From Candidatus Poribacteria bacterium (GTDB lineage Bacteria > Poribacteria > WGA-4E > JAJDTR01), in NCBI GenBank assembly GCA_965222225.1, contig CBDCTK010000002.1, positions 1,376,001 to 1,440,000 on the forward strand: 64,000 nucleotides of DNA, in the 5' to 3' direction. Below are positions 48,360-59,200 of the stretch, one piece after another. Position 1 is the first letter of the stretch. The number at the start of each line of letters is the position of its first letter. Position numbers and translations under genes: made by a program. Under the pieces are notes generated by a model. The model was not told where the DNA came from. It did not search any database and saw nothing but the letters and a program-made list of their open reading frames with translations.

Positions 48360-49286
48360 TCAATCCGCTTTCTCTGATTTATCATCAGAAGACGAATCCG
48401 CTAAGCGCTTCGCCCGAGCGATGAACTCATGTAGGTCGGATCCCTGGGCACGTTGAACGTCATCCTGATATTTGAAGAGGCAACCAAGTGTTTCATCAAC
48501 AACCTCCGGATCAAGTGCGTCTTTCCCCAGTGCAATAAGCGCTAGCCCCCAATCGAGTGTTTCTGCTATGCCCGGTTTCTTATAATAGTCGCCTTCCCGC
48601 CAAATCTGCATCATGTTGCACAACTGTCGCGCCAGCGAATCATTGATATGCGGGAGTTTGGTATTCACGATTGACAATTCCTTTTGAAGAGAAGGGTAAT
48701 CAATCCACTGATAAAGGCAGCGTCGCTTAAGGGCTTCGTGAACCTCTCGCGTACGATTCGACGTCAATACAACGTAAGGAATATGCTTCGCGCGAATCGT
48801 GCCAATCTCCGGTATCGTGATTTGGAAATCGGACAGAATCTCAAGCAAGAATGCCTCAAACTCGCTGTCGCTCCTATCCACTTCGTCAATAAGTAACACC
48901 GGAGGTACCCCACCATCGCTCTGAATCGCTTCAAGGAGTGGGCGCTTTAAGAGAAATGCTTCGTTAAAAATGCTAGCACCAATTTGGTCCTTATCAATCC
49001 CTTGCGCTTCGTCAATTCGCAACTGTAGAATCTGCTTGGTATAGTTCCACTCGTACAATGCGTTGTTTGCGTCGAGACCTTCATAGCACTGCAAACGGAT
49101 TAACTTACCACCTGTTATGTTCGCCAGAACTTTCGCAACCTCTGTCTTGCCAACCCCCGGTTCACCCTCAAGAAAAATTGGTTTGTTCAGGTTATGAGCT
49201 AAGTAGATAGTCGTCGCCAACGCTCGGTCGGTAATATATTCCCCCTTAGCGCACGCATTTTGAACTTTCTCAATTGATTCAAACAT
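48360..49286 (-). CDS. CoxD-like MoxR AAA+ ATPase
   Basis: GEPGVGKT, RLQCYEGLD, LIDEVD, TSNRTRE, ALKRRC, PGIAETLDW. Confidence 0.9.
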   Translation of the reverse strand: MFESIEKVQNACAKGEYITDRALATTIYLAHNLNKPIFLEGEPGVGKTEVAKVLANITGGKLIRLQCYEGLDANNALYEWNYTKQILQLRIDEAQGIDKDQIGASIFNEAFLLKRPLLEAIQSDGGVPPVLLIDEVDRSDSEFEAFLLEILSDFQITIPEIGTIRAKHIPYVVLTSNRTREVHEALKRRCLYQWIDYPSLQKELSIVNTKLPHINDSLARQLCNMMQIWREGDYYKKPGIAETLDWGLALIALGKDALDPEVVDETLGCLFKYQDDVQRAQGSDLHEFIARAKRLADSSSDDKSEKAD

Positions 49287-49350
49287 TTTTACTTAACCTA
49301 GAGTTTAGTCCAACAAAATTCGCCTGTGACAAGTCGTGATGTCATCGAAT

Positions 49351-49965
49351 CTACTGCATCATTCTTTCGTCCTGCAGCGCTTCTTCATAATCTTTACGAT
49401 AATCAATGTCTTTCAGGACACGGTTTGTGTCAACGATGACGTATTGAATATCGTCAGCGTTTTTTTTGAAAAGCGATCTAATGCCACCGCTTTCCGCGTC
49501 GAGAGAGAGGATGTCAGAAGCGTAGCGCCGATTAAAAATGGCAGGATGTCCGCGACGATAGTTGTAACTTGGCAGCGCAATTCCTTTATCCGATTCTTTA
49601 TAGGCCTCAACGACGCAATTGATGAGGTCTGAAGTGATAAACGGCTGATCGACAAGCATCAGCGCAAACGCATCAGCGCAATCAGGTAACGCTTGGACCC
49701 CACATTGGGCGGAAGTCAGCATCCCTTCTTGATAGTTCGGGTTAAACACAACCTTGATTGGTTTGTGCCGAATCTTTTCATGCGCCTTCTCCGACTCGTG
49801 ACCGATTACGACGATGACCTCATCAAGCTTGGATCCGAGCATATTATCGATCATCGTTTCGATAATGGTACTGTCGCCGAAGGGAAGGAGTTGTTTTGGT
49901 TCCCCCATTCGGGTGGAAAGACCTGCCGCAAGGAGTATCCCGTGAATTTTAATAGTTGTTGGCAT
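49351..49965 (-). CDS. Molybdenum cofactor cytidylyltransferase-like (MocA family)
   Basis: LLAAGLSTRMGEPKQLL, NPNYQEGM, LVDQP, GHP, DID. Confidence 0.85.
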   Translation of the reverse strand: MPTTIKIHGILLAAGLSTRMGEPKQLLPFGDSTIIETMIDNMLGSKLDEVIVVIGHESEKAHEKIRHKPIKVVFNPNYQEGMLTSAQCGVQALPDCADAFALMLVDQPFITSDLINCVVEAYKESDKGIALPSYNYRRGHPAIFNRRYASDILSLDAESGGIRSLFKKNADDIQYVIVDTNRVLKDIDYRKDYEEALQDERMMQ

Positions 49966-50077
49966 AAAGCACGACTGAATCAGACATTCTCGGGTAACTT
50001 TATCACGAGAGATATGCGATGCTCTTATGTATGAATTCGGACAGTGAATCCCAACACAAAAGGACTAACTCTCAAAC

Positions 50078-50347
50078 CTAGAAGCGAATCTCAAAACCTG
50101 CGCATTCCTCACTACGCTCGAATTGATCGATTTGGACACGGTCAACTCTACCTGCAGGAGGCCCCTGTTCCAATAACATAAGGAACTCATCCAGCGCCAT
50201 CTTATCCCCAGCGGCGACGACCTCAACATCGCTGTTAGCTAGGTTTCTGGCGTAGCCACGAACCCCAATTTTCTCTGCACTTCGACGTGCAAAATCGCGG
50301 AAACCGACTCCCTGCACTCGGCCGCTAATAAGGATATGAATTTGCAT
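50078..50347 (-). CDS. acyP: Acylphosphatase
   Basis: GRVQGVGFR, GYARN, GPPAGRV, FEIR. Confidence 0.92.
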   Translation of the reverse strand: MQIHILISGRVQGVGFRDFARRSAEKIGVRGYARNLANSDVEVVAAGDKMALDEFLMLLEQGPPAGRVDRVQIDQFERSEECAGFEIRF

Positions 50348-50431
50348 AGGCTAGTTAAACACATTCGCCAACTTCACCGCTGTTTTGCTCGGTAGAAGCT
50401 GCTTGGCGCTCTTTATGCTTGAGGTTTATTG

Positions 50432-50440
50432 AGTATATCA
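50432..50440 (-). promoter_or_regulatory. Extended -10 TGATATACT upstream of acyP
   Basis: Same nonamer as at 19451-19459 and 43252-43260. Confidence 0.45.
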
Positions 50441-50570
50441 CAAACTCGTCTGGGATTGCATGAAATTTCCCTCAACGGCAGAATGTCCGAGGTTGAGAAT
50501 CGTGACCATATCATGAAAGTGCTCTGAAACGCCAAGCTTTGCTCGTTTTACACTAGGTCGCGTAACACCT

Positions 50571-53267
50571 TTAGCAATCATCGTTAGTGTCGTCCAGCGG
50601 CCATAGAATTGCCAACGTCTCAATAATAAACAGTGTAAACGGAGCATTTAGCTCTTCAAAATTCTGTCTCACCAGCGCCTGGCCGCGTTCGACTGCCTCG
50701 CGAATCTCATCAGTCTGTGCAATCGCGGGCGATTCTACTTCGGTATATAACTGCCGAGGCAGGTTGAGTTGATTGAGATGTTCAAGCAGTTCCCAGTCCT
50801 TCAATAAGCGGCCGTCCTCACCAAATTCGACGCCGGCAGTGATTGACTGTATAACCCCTTCTTGGCTTGTGAGTCGATTCTGAATGCGATACACAACAAT
50901 CGGATAGGGGAGTAGTTCGTAGGATAAGGATGCAACTGAGGCGTCGTATTCCTTTGCCTGGCGGAGTGCCTGATTGACCAATTTATGTCCGACCCCCAGT
51001 ACAGTTCCATGCCTTTCTTGTCTGCGCGGCGTGCGATCAAAAACCGTGCCGCTATAAGATGATCGGATGCCAAACTCGCTGCGCCAAGCTTCGGGGGTCC
51101 TGAATCTAATCCCCTGGGGCTCCGCTTCGACTCTCCTGCCATTGAGTCTTAACATGGACAGAAAGAAGGGTTGTAGGTCTGGTAAGTCAAGTGGCGGTAT
51201 CTGCGAGGAAACTTGTTGAAAATCGAATTTGTCGCAGTTCCCGACGAGGTCTTTCACAACGTCAATGACATCTTCTCCACCAAATTGTGCCGTTTTTTCG
51301 TTAAACCAATTTGAAAGTGATTCCTCCGAAATATCAGAGGCACCGGAAAACAAGTCACGGAAAATAGCAGGCGAGGTCATGCCAAGAACCAACTGAAACA
51401 GGTCTTCAGGTTCATCCATCACCTGACCGAGAGCGAGTGTGATGTCCCGGATTTTGCTGTCGAGTATATTCCAGATTCTGGATTCAATCGTGTCGGGATT
51501 CCTGAGGGAAACCACTTCAACAGTGTGGGTTTGCCCGTAACGATTTAGGCGGCCAACCCGCTGGTGCAGACGCATTGGATTCCACGGCAGATCGATGTGA
51601 ATTAGCGTATGGCACCGCTCCTGCAGGTCGATACCCTCGCCTCCCGCCTCGGTAGAGACCATGTACCGCGCCTCCCCGGCGTTAAATTTCTTGGCAGCCG
51701 ATTCGCGCGTTTCGCGAAGCGTTTTAATTCGCCCGGCGCTATCAACCACCTCATCTGCCCGATCATCACCGTTGATAAAAGTTACACAACTGTCGCCAAA
51801 CCTCTGCATTAAGGATGATAGCATTAGAGATTGTGTTGCCTTGTATTCAGTGAACAAGAGAACAGGGCGATTCGGGTATTGATTTTCAACAAGGTCGATA
51901 ATTTTCTGAATTTTCGTCTCCGTCCCAACTCTCTCTGCTGCCGCGACAAGTTCACTGACACGAGATACTTCATCCTCCATCAGACGCAAGAATTCAGAAA
52001 GTTCGGCGATTTGCTCATCTAACCTACTGACTTCGTCGAGATTTCCTTCTTGTTCAGACAATCTGTGTGCCGATATGCGCGCGTTCAATTCCTGGAGTCT
52101 GTTTCTACTCTCGACGACACGGTCCAGCCTCTTCTTCAGCGCACGCCGAATTGCCGCCACGGAACTTGATGCCAGTTTCTGCATGGTAATCAATACCAAC
52201 TTCACCAGTCGTTCGTCATCAGATGGGAGCGTTGATGCGTAGGCTTTGCCGGTAGCAATGAATTCTGTGAGCATTGTATAGAATTCGGACTCTTCGTCAG
52301 AGTAACTGTAGGTCTCTGATTTCACAATAGGTTCGTGAAAGAGTCGTCTACCTTGTAGGTCGGTGACATTTTGTTTGTTGTTGCGAATCATCGCATCGCG
52401 AAGTTTCGGCAGATGTTCGTGAAGGGACTCATGTGGATTAAACTTGTCGGGATGGAGTAGTCGCAGCAGCGACAGGAAGCCGTAGTTTTTGCCGCGGTGG
52501 GGAGTGCCTGTGAAAAAAAGCATAGATTTGACATGTTGCTCGTCAACAAGCTGTTGCACGAGCTTGTAACCCAGCGTAGCACCGGATCTTTCATCGGCGT
52601 TCAGGTGATGCGCTTCATCGACAATCAGCAGGTCCCACGGATCGCTTTCGAAAAGTCGGTCATGCCGTCCGTTATGGTCAAGTCGTAACGTGTTCAGCGA
52701 GGCGATGACTTGGTCGTTAGCCTGCCAGAACCCCCCTTGTTCGGTGTCGGATTCCGCCGCATATCTTGTAATCCGAATATCAAACATTGTCCTCAGTCGG
52801 TATTGCCACTGTTCAACAAGTGAGGCAGGAGCAAGAATGAGTAGCCGCTTCACTCGTTCTTTGGCAAGTAATGGCCACAAAACGAGTCCTGCCTCAATTG
52901 TCTTGCCAAGCCCAACATCATCAGCGATTAGCCATCTCGTTGGCCATTCTTGCAGCACTCGGCGGCAGACCCACAGTTGATGGGGCAAGAGCACGATGCG
53001 AGACGGTGAAAACACACCCCAGGCATCGTTGATTGATTGGATTGCTTCGGCTTGAATGCGCGTAACGACTTTAAGCGGGGGGTGCCATTCGCTCAGGGAG
53101 ATTGCTTGCAACGGTGTGGAAACTGTTGATAGATCGGTTTTCTCGCACGACTCGATGCCACCTTCAAATCGAATGACTACGGTTTCACCCTCGTCTATCA
53201 GGACGCTGCCTCTGCCGAATTCTGGATGTTGAACTCTATCATCTGTTGCAAATTGGCTGTCATTCAT
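50571..53267 (-). CDS. SNF2-family helicase/ATPase (RapA/DrmD-like), about 898 aa
   Basis: ADDVGLGKT, PASLVEQW, DEAHH, TGTPH, STEAGGEGIDLQ, PWNPMRLHQRVGRLNRYGQ; ATG 53267 with GAGG SD overlaps the upstream stop (ATGAATGA). Confidence 0.92.
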   Translation of the reverse strand: MNDSQFATDDRVQHPEFGRGSVLIDEGETVVIRFEGGIESCEKTDLSTVSTPLQAISLSEWHPPLKVVTRIQAEAIQSINDAWGVFSPSRIVLLPHQLWVCRRVLQEWPTRWLIADDVGLGKTIEAGLVLWPLLAKERVKRLLILAPASLVEQWQYRLRTMFDIRITRYAAESDTEQGGFWQANDQVIASLNTLRLDHNGRHDRLFESDPWDLLIVDEAHHLNADERSGATLGYKLVQQLVDEQHVKSMLFFTGTPHRGKNYGFLSLLRLLHPDKFNPHESLHEHLPKLRDAMIRNNKQNVTDLQGRRLFHEPIVKSETYSYSDEESEFYTMLTEFIATGKAYASTLPSDDERLVKLVLITMQKLASSSVAAIRRALKKRLDRVVESRNRLQELNARISAHRLSEQEGNLDEVSRLDEQIAELSEFLRLMEDEVSRVSELVAAAERVGTETKIQKIIDLVENQYPNRPVLLFTEYKATQSLMLSSLMQRFGDSCVTFINGDDRADEVVDSAGRIKTLRETRESAAKKFNAGEARYMVSTEAGGEGIDLQERCHTLIHIDLPWNPMRLHQRVGRLNRYGQTHTVEVVSLRNPDTIESRIWNILDSKIRDITLALGQVMDEPEDLFQLVLGMTSPAIFRDLFSGASDISEESLSNWFNEKTAQFGGEDVIDVVKDLVGNCDKFDFQQVSSQIPPLDLPDLQPFFLSMLRLNGRRVEAEPQGIRFRTPEAWRSEFGIRSSYSGTVFDRTPRRQERHGTVLGVGHKLVNQALRQAKEYDASVASLSYELLPYPIVVYRIQNRLTSQEGVIQSITAGVEFGEDGRLLKDWELLEHLNQLNLPRQLYTEVESPAIAQTDEIREAVERGQALVRQNFEELNAPFTLFIIETLAILWPLDDTNDDC

Positions 53268-56200
53268 TATTTTCCTCGATGCCTTCGTCTTGCGAGACAT
53301 TACTACCGAAGAACCTTTGTTGTAATTTTTGATTCCCAGCAATAATGAGAAATGGAATATCAAACGCACCTTTGAAGGTTGCTTCCTGCTCTCCAAGATG
53401 TTCACACAGGAATTCATAGATGGTGACAGATTGTTTCCAACGCTGAGGCGCATCTGAATCTAACCCTTGACAGCCGATTGAATTGAGGAGTTGACTTACC
53501 CTTCCTACCGGTGCATAGCAGTGAGGACGCACATGTTCCGATGAAAGAACTCCCAAACGCATCAGTTCTCGGACCACAAAGCAGGCACCGATGCCCAGTG
53601 TTCTATCAATCGAAGGCGCATCTAAATCGGAACCCTGGGATTGGGAACTATATTGCAGTCGCGTAATGTCTGTCAACGGAAAGTCATCGTTCAACCTATC
53701 GATTTGCGAAAACGCCTCGCCATAGTCCTCAAGCCAATATGCAAACTGAACTATACTCGCAAACTGGCGCATCCAATTGAAGAATTGGATAGTCTCTCCC
53801 GGCTGGTCCAAGAAATCCACAACAATCTCCACCCACGACTGGAGATTTTTCTGTGGATCGGCAACGATTTGTAACCACCTGTTTTGACGCCAAAGCGCGA
53901 TGAAAGATCGGTGTTGTTCAGGCTTCGCCCGTCCCATGGTATGCAACGCGCCGAGCATGAACAATGTCAGCCAGTTCTCGCGTGTCTGTGAGTCTTCCCA
54001 ATCTGGCTGATTCGACAACTGCAAGCGAAAATCGCCGTACACGGATTCCTCATATCGGCTAATATGGCTGCGTTCGTCCAGTATCCACCATTCGTAGATT
54101 CTGTGCAAAACAGTGGGGTCTGGAGGGCGAGGTTCATCGGCATCATTCCCATTGGGCGGGTAGATTGGTGGAGCGATACGTCGGAGTTCACCGAGAATAA
54201 TTGATTGATCGTATCGATCGAAATGGTCAGTCAGAAGTGGAGATGTGGCAAGATTACGTAACCAGGTACCCTCGATTCTTTCCAGTATTTCTGAGGAAAC
54301 TTCACGTCTCAATTGTCCCATAAGAAGGTATTTTAACACATTGAGGCGCGCTTGTTGGTGTAACGCCTCCACTGCCCACTCTGCCATTAACTCCGGCGGT
54401 GCATTGAGCCCTGATCGACAAGCTTTGAAGAATTCCAACGCGCTGCCGGTATAATCATCAGCAAGCAATCTATTATCCGGCGCAAACGCGGCACGACGCG
54501 GTTCATCCGGATTGTCCGCGCCCTCTCCTTTAACAAGTAGGTCAGCTGCAATATGAAATACCCCGTCGCTTCCTTGAAAGCGGACATTACTAAGAAGACC
54601 GACAAGCTCATCATATTCATCTCGCTGATTCCGGTTCCCACTATTTAAATCGTTCAGAAACTCCCGTGTAATTAATGCTCCCAATCGAGACGCTTGCAAA
54701 GCATCAACGCAAACGTCGGTTCCCAATTCCCACTGGACGAGATCGCATAATTTAACCTTCTGTAAATTTACCATTTCATGTGGCAGCAAATTCATCAGAA
54801 TGGAGGCAATTTGTTCGTCGGACACGACATGCCCCGGCTTAATCTGCTGTTGGAATTGAGACCATTGGGATGCTTGACAAAAAACCGATTCATCAGTGTC
54901 GAGTACGCCGACTGTTTTGAATTTAATCTCATCTCGCTTGGTTAAAGTCTTGTAATCGCCCCATAACCCGCTAGGTACTGCTGAGCGCTGCTGGAAAAGT
55001 CTTCCCATCCCGTGATTGCTACTGTTCCATAGAATTCGGCGTATGAGTTGGCTCGCATCTCCATCATTCGTTGGCCTTTCCGGCGTTACTTTGCTAAACA
55101 GACGCCACAACGAGTGCCAGAACTCGTACCGATCGGTGTCTACGGCAAGGTCCAAATTAGCGCAGAAATCATCCCAATCCCTGTCTGCCTCATTAAAAAG
55201 TTCAATCAATGAATCCCCTATTTCCCGTCCAATACTGTCTGCAACATCCCTGTTTTTCCGTGAATCTCGCGCTAACTGCGCACGTCCGACATCCAGATCG
55301 AAGCTTCCATTGACAATGAACCCAAAATCGCATTTCTCCTTGGTGGGGACAGTTACCCAAACAGTCGGAACCGATTTTTCTAACTTCACCACACCGTGAA
55401 CATCAAGGGCAACAAGCAAAGTGGCAACAAGCAAATCGCCTTGACTTGCGCGGAAGACCACAACAGTTTGGCGTCCCCATTGACCGTCGGACATTGGCTG
55501 AAGTTCACCCACGCAGATACGCTGGGACGGACCGAGTCGCTCTTCATTCCATTCCCAAGATCTAGGCTGCCCATTCTTAATCCACTCACATCTTCTTATC
55601 TTTCTCGCAAATACCGGAATGAAGTGTACCACATCCCAAAAATCCTTAAGAAATTCTTGTACGGAACACTCCTCCGCCTGTATGGAAATAATGGTGCCCT
55701 CTTTTCCATCATTTTGGCACGCTTCAATTTGGCGCTGCAATTCCCTTAGGGGTTCACCGGTCAACTGTTTGGGGAAAAACCCGCCCATCGCCTCAAACCC
55801 CAATTGGCCGCTCGCGACACGAGGCTTGCTAGTGACTAAGAATACACTCTTGAACCCCAATCCAAATTTACCAGTGACATTGCCGGGAGACTCTGTTTTA
55901 TCTGAGTTTGAGAGGATTAACATTTTCTCTAAATCCTTGTGGAAACCCCTTGCCCGACCATCAAGGTGTGCAGACCGAAATTTGTTGATAGGGCGTCCCC
56001 AGTGTATGAAAGCAATTTTGCCGTCCTCTTGCTGAATGACAAACCGGGTCGTATCAGTGTTTTCCGAGGGAGAGTCGCCGTACATTTCAAAAAGTTCAAC
56101 GACCGCGTCATCAGCGTTTTGGAAGATTTCAAAAGGAACGCATTGAGGCGTGTATTGATACTGCCATATTTTGCGGCGTACTGCGGTTAGCAGAGAGTGT

Positions 56201-59200
56201 TGAGCCGCTTCATCGCTCTGAATCAAGTTCTGCAACTCTTGCTGTTCCAGTTGCAGCTCCTCCACGGCCCCATCCACCCTGTCTGGATCACCCGTGTGTT
56301 CAGCCTCTCTTCTTAGCCGACGCGCTTCGTCCCACTTTTGCAAAGCTGTGGAAAGGCCGTCATCCACTCTGTGCATTTCCAACTGCTGCACGTAGAAAAA
56401 AGCATGGTCCAGCAATAAGTTCTGCGCGATTTTGATATCTAGCTGCTCGCTCTGTGCCAAATCATTGAAGACTTCGTCAAGATTCTGAATTGTCTGTTTA
56501 TACACTTTGTCGAGCAACATCCCAGCGCTGTTTTTGATGAAATCAAGAAGAAGATGGCGTTGCAATCGATCCGGTTGAACCAATCGCAACCCAATCCTGT
56601 TGACCCGATAATTCATTCCGGTTTTGTAGCGAAACTGCTCGTTCGCACTTCCGACAAATAAGCTGTCAAATTCCTTTTGTTCAATGCGAGCGTGGAACGA
56701 CAAACCCAAGAGATTTGTCACCTTAACGGTTCCATCTTCAAACACCTCAACCAGAAACCGCTGTTTCTTCAGGGTTTCATGAATATTCTCATTTGCTCCC
56801 ACCGCAGATGAGTAGGGAGTAATTTCCCAATAGCGATCGAGTTGTGAACGGAACCTGTCAACTGTGCGGTTGCCAAGATACTGCTCACTCAATTCTAGCA
56901 GTCTCGGATGATTGCCTAGCAGGGAGAGAAATCCGCCAATAACCTCGTTTGGCACTGTTCCCTCCCATGCATCGAAATACTGCTCTAAACGCGCGGCGCT
57001 TTCGTTAAACTTCTGTTCTTCATTACCTTGCAGGGGTAGCAACTCATGAGATTGCGTCCTGCCACGATTTCTGGATGCTTGTACTCGGTCTATGAGAACC
57101 TCACTCTGCTTTTCGTCGAGTAAGTCGTCGGGATGGATACCTTCCGAATCCAGACAGAGCTCGGCAGGCGATTTCCAGTTTCCATCACGGCTCAGGAGTC
57201 GTATCTGCTCGAATACTTTCCTGAATTCAGTTCCTTCTGTTGCAGCATTCAGATACTGATTAAAAATGTCGTGAATTCCATCTTTATTCTTCTTGGTGGA
57301 ATTCTTCTCGTGGCGTTCCGAGATGAACTTCAGAATCTCAACAGTGCGAGGGATTGGCAATTTCTGGCAAAGCCTCGGTAATAGATGTTCACGACAAACC
57401 TTGTCGTCAAAAGTTTCCAAGACGTGGCTAATCATTGAACATGCTGACATCAGTTGTGGAGGAGCTTGGCTAAAAGTAGCAATAAACACTTTGATGTCTA
57501 ACTTCTCTGAGTCAATATCACCAATGTGATATTCTTCGGCTTCCGCCATCATCTCCCCAAGCATTTCAAGGGCGTCATCCCTAGGGGGAATTATGCGCTG
57601 AACTTTTCTCTTGTACCCAGGGTGGGCGCGAAATTCCTCTGGGAGCATTGAAACATCAACAAATGAATCGCCGAACTGGGCAACAATTCGAGCAATTTCA
57701 TCCTCCATGTCTTTCAGGTAAATCACATCTTGAGGAGGACGCCCTGCATCAATGGGTAGCCATTTCACGGCTCTTAACTTCTGATTAAGTTCGGATGCGG
57801 CAAGGATGTTTTCTCGACAGTTGAGCGCATCAAGGATTAATCTCCAGTGCTGATGCGGATTCTCCGTCTCAAGTACGATACGGATTGCGGCTTCAGCATT
57901 CAGGAATTGATTGAGCAGTCGTTCCTGTTTCCAACTAATGGGTTTTGGCAAGCGCCGAAGAATGGTTATATTTTCTTTTGGAATTTCTTCTATGGGGAAA
58001 TCATCCTGCCAGTAGGATTGTTCGGGATTGATTCGCACCGGATTTCCGTTAACGTTATCGTAGATATTTAATCTCCTAAGAACCTCTATATTGTTCATCT
58101 CCCTCAGGATTTGCTGCCGCTCGTCAATACTGAATATCGTACAATCAACGCGTTCAGGTCCTACCTCCAGAATCAGTTTAGCAATGCCGTCCGCGCCAAA
58201 CTCATGGATGCCTAACGGCTGCCAGAATTGCGGAGCTATTCTATTTCCCAACACATTGTCTATGACTCGCCATTCCTCATCCCTTGTTCGCAAAACCTGA
58301 TGGGCTATTCTTGGCCAGAGTTCCTGCCCTGTACTCGCCTCCATAAATAGCGGCAAATTGTCATCGGACGGATGGGCATGGATGAGGTATCGCACTGTTT
58401 CTTTATGCTCGGGGATGCCTTCAATCTTTGGCAATAGTGCATTAAGCAAATTGACACGCTCGCTGGGACGATTCAACGCGGGTTTCGATTGCAGGACTTG
58501 CAGGCAGGCGCCTTCATTGCACGGCGTTATGTCGTCCAAACCGAGTGTTGTAAGTGTCTCCCTCTCAGTCGGAATTAGATATACGGATTCCCGGTGCAGG
58601 GCTTGTTGAAGATACTTTGCTTGGGTTGAGGTCGATCTGCCCGTAAATAGCATGCCTTCGTGTTTCAGTTCCCTGAGTTGGCTCAAGGAAATAGAGACGT
58701 CGCTCTCGCTTCTACAGTCGTAAGCCGTGAATATCATCAGTGAGTTGCATTGTTCACAAATCTTGTCCCAATGGCTGGCTTTGATGACCTGTTGGACGAG
58801 CGTCTGTTTTGGTCTCTCAAGTTCCCTATTTTCGCCCAAAGTGGGTACAAACTCTAGAATTTTCAGAGCGTCTTTGTTACATAGACTTTCAACCAACAGT
58901 TGGTGAGGTTCCTCAGGGATTAGGTCTTCGGGAACCAAGAGTACGCGCAGTTCCAACTGGAAAAGCCTTTGAAATACTTCCCCAGATAAATTTTTGGGGA
59001 GCGGAAAACACGAGCTGTTCCCTAGAAGTGCAAGATAATTCTTGATTTCAGACCGGTTGCCTCGTAATTGTCCAAGATCGACCGTAGCGAAGGCTTGCGA
59101 AATCAACTGTTGAAGCACATCAAAGACACCAGATCTCGCATCCTCTGTACAGTCCTTCAGAAATTCCACGAGATATTTCAACATCCCTCGACTTCCAAAT

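Noticed and set aside
53268-53453. 62-aa N-terminal extension of the SNF2 ORF
   Set aside because: Overlaps the upstream gene; ATG 53267 has an SD and stop-start coupling
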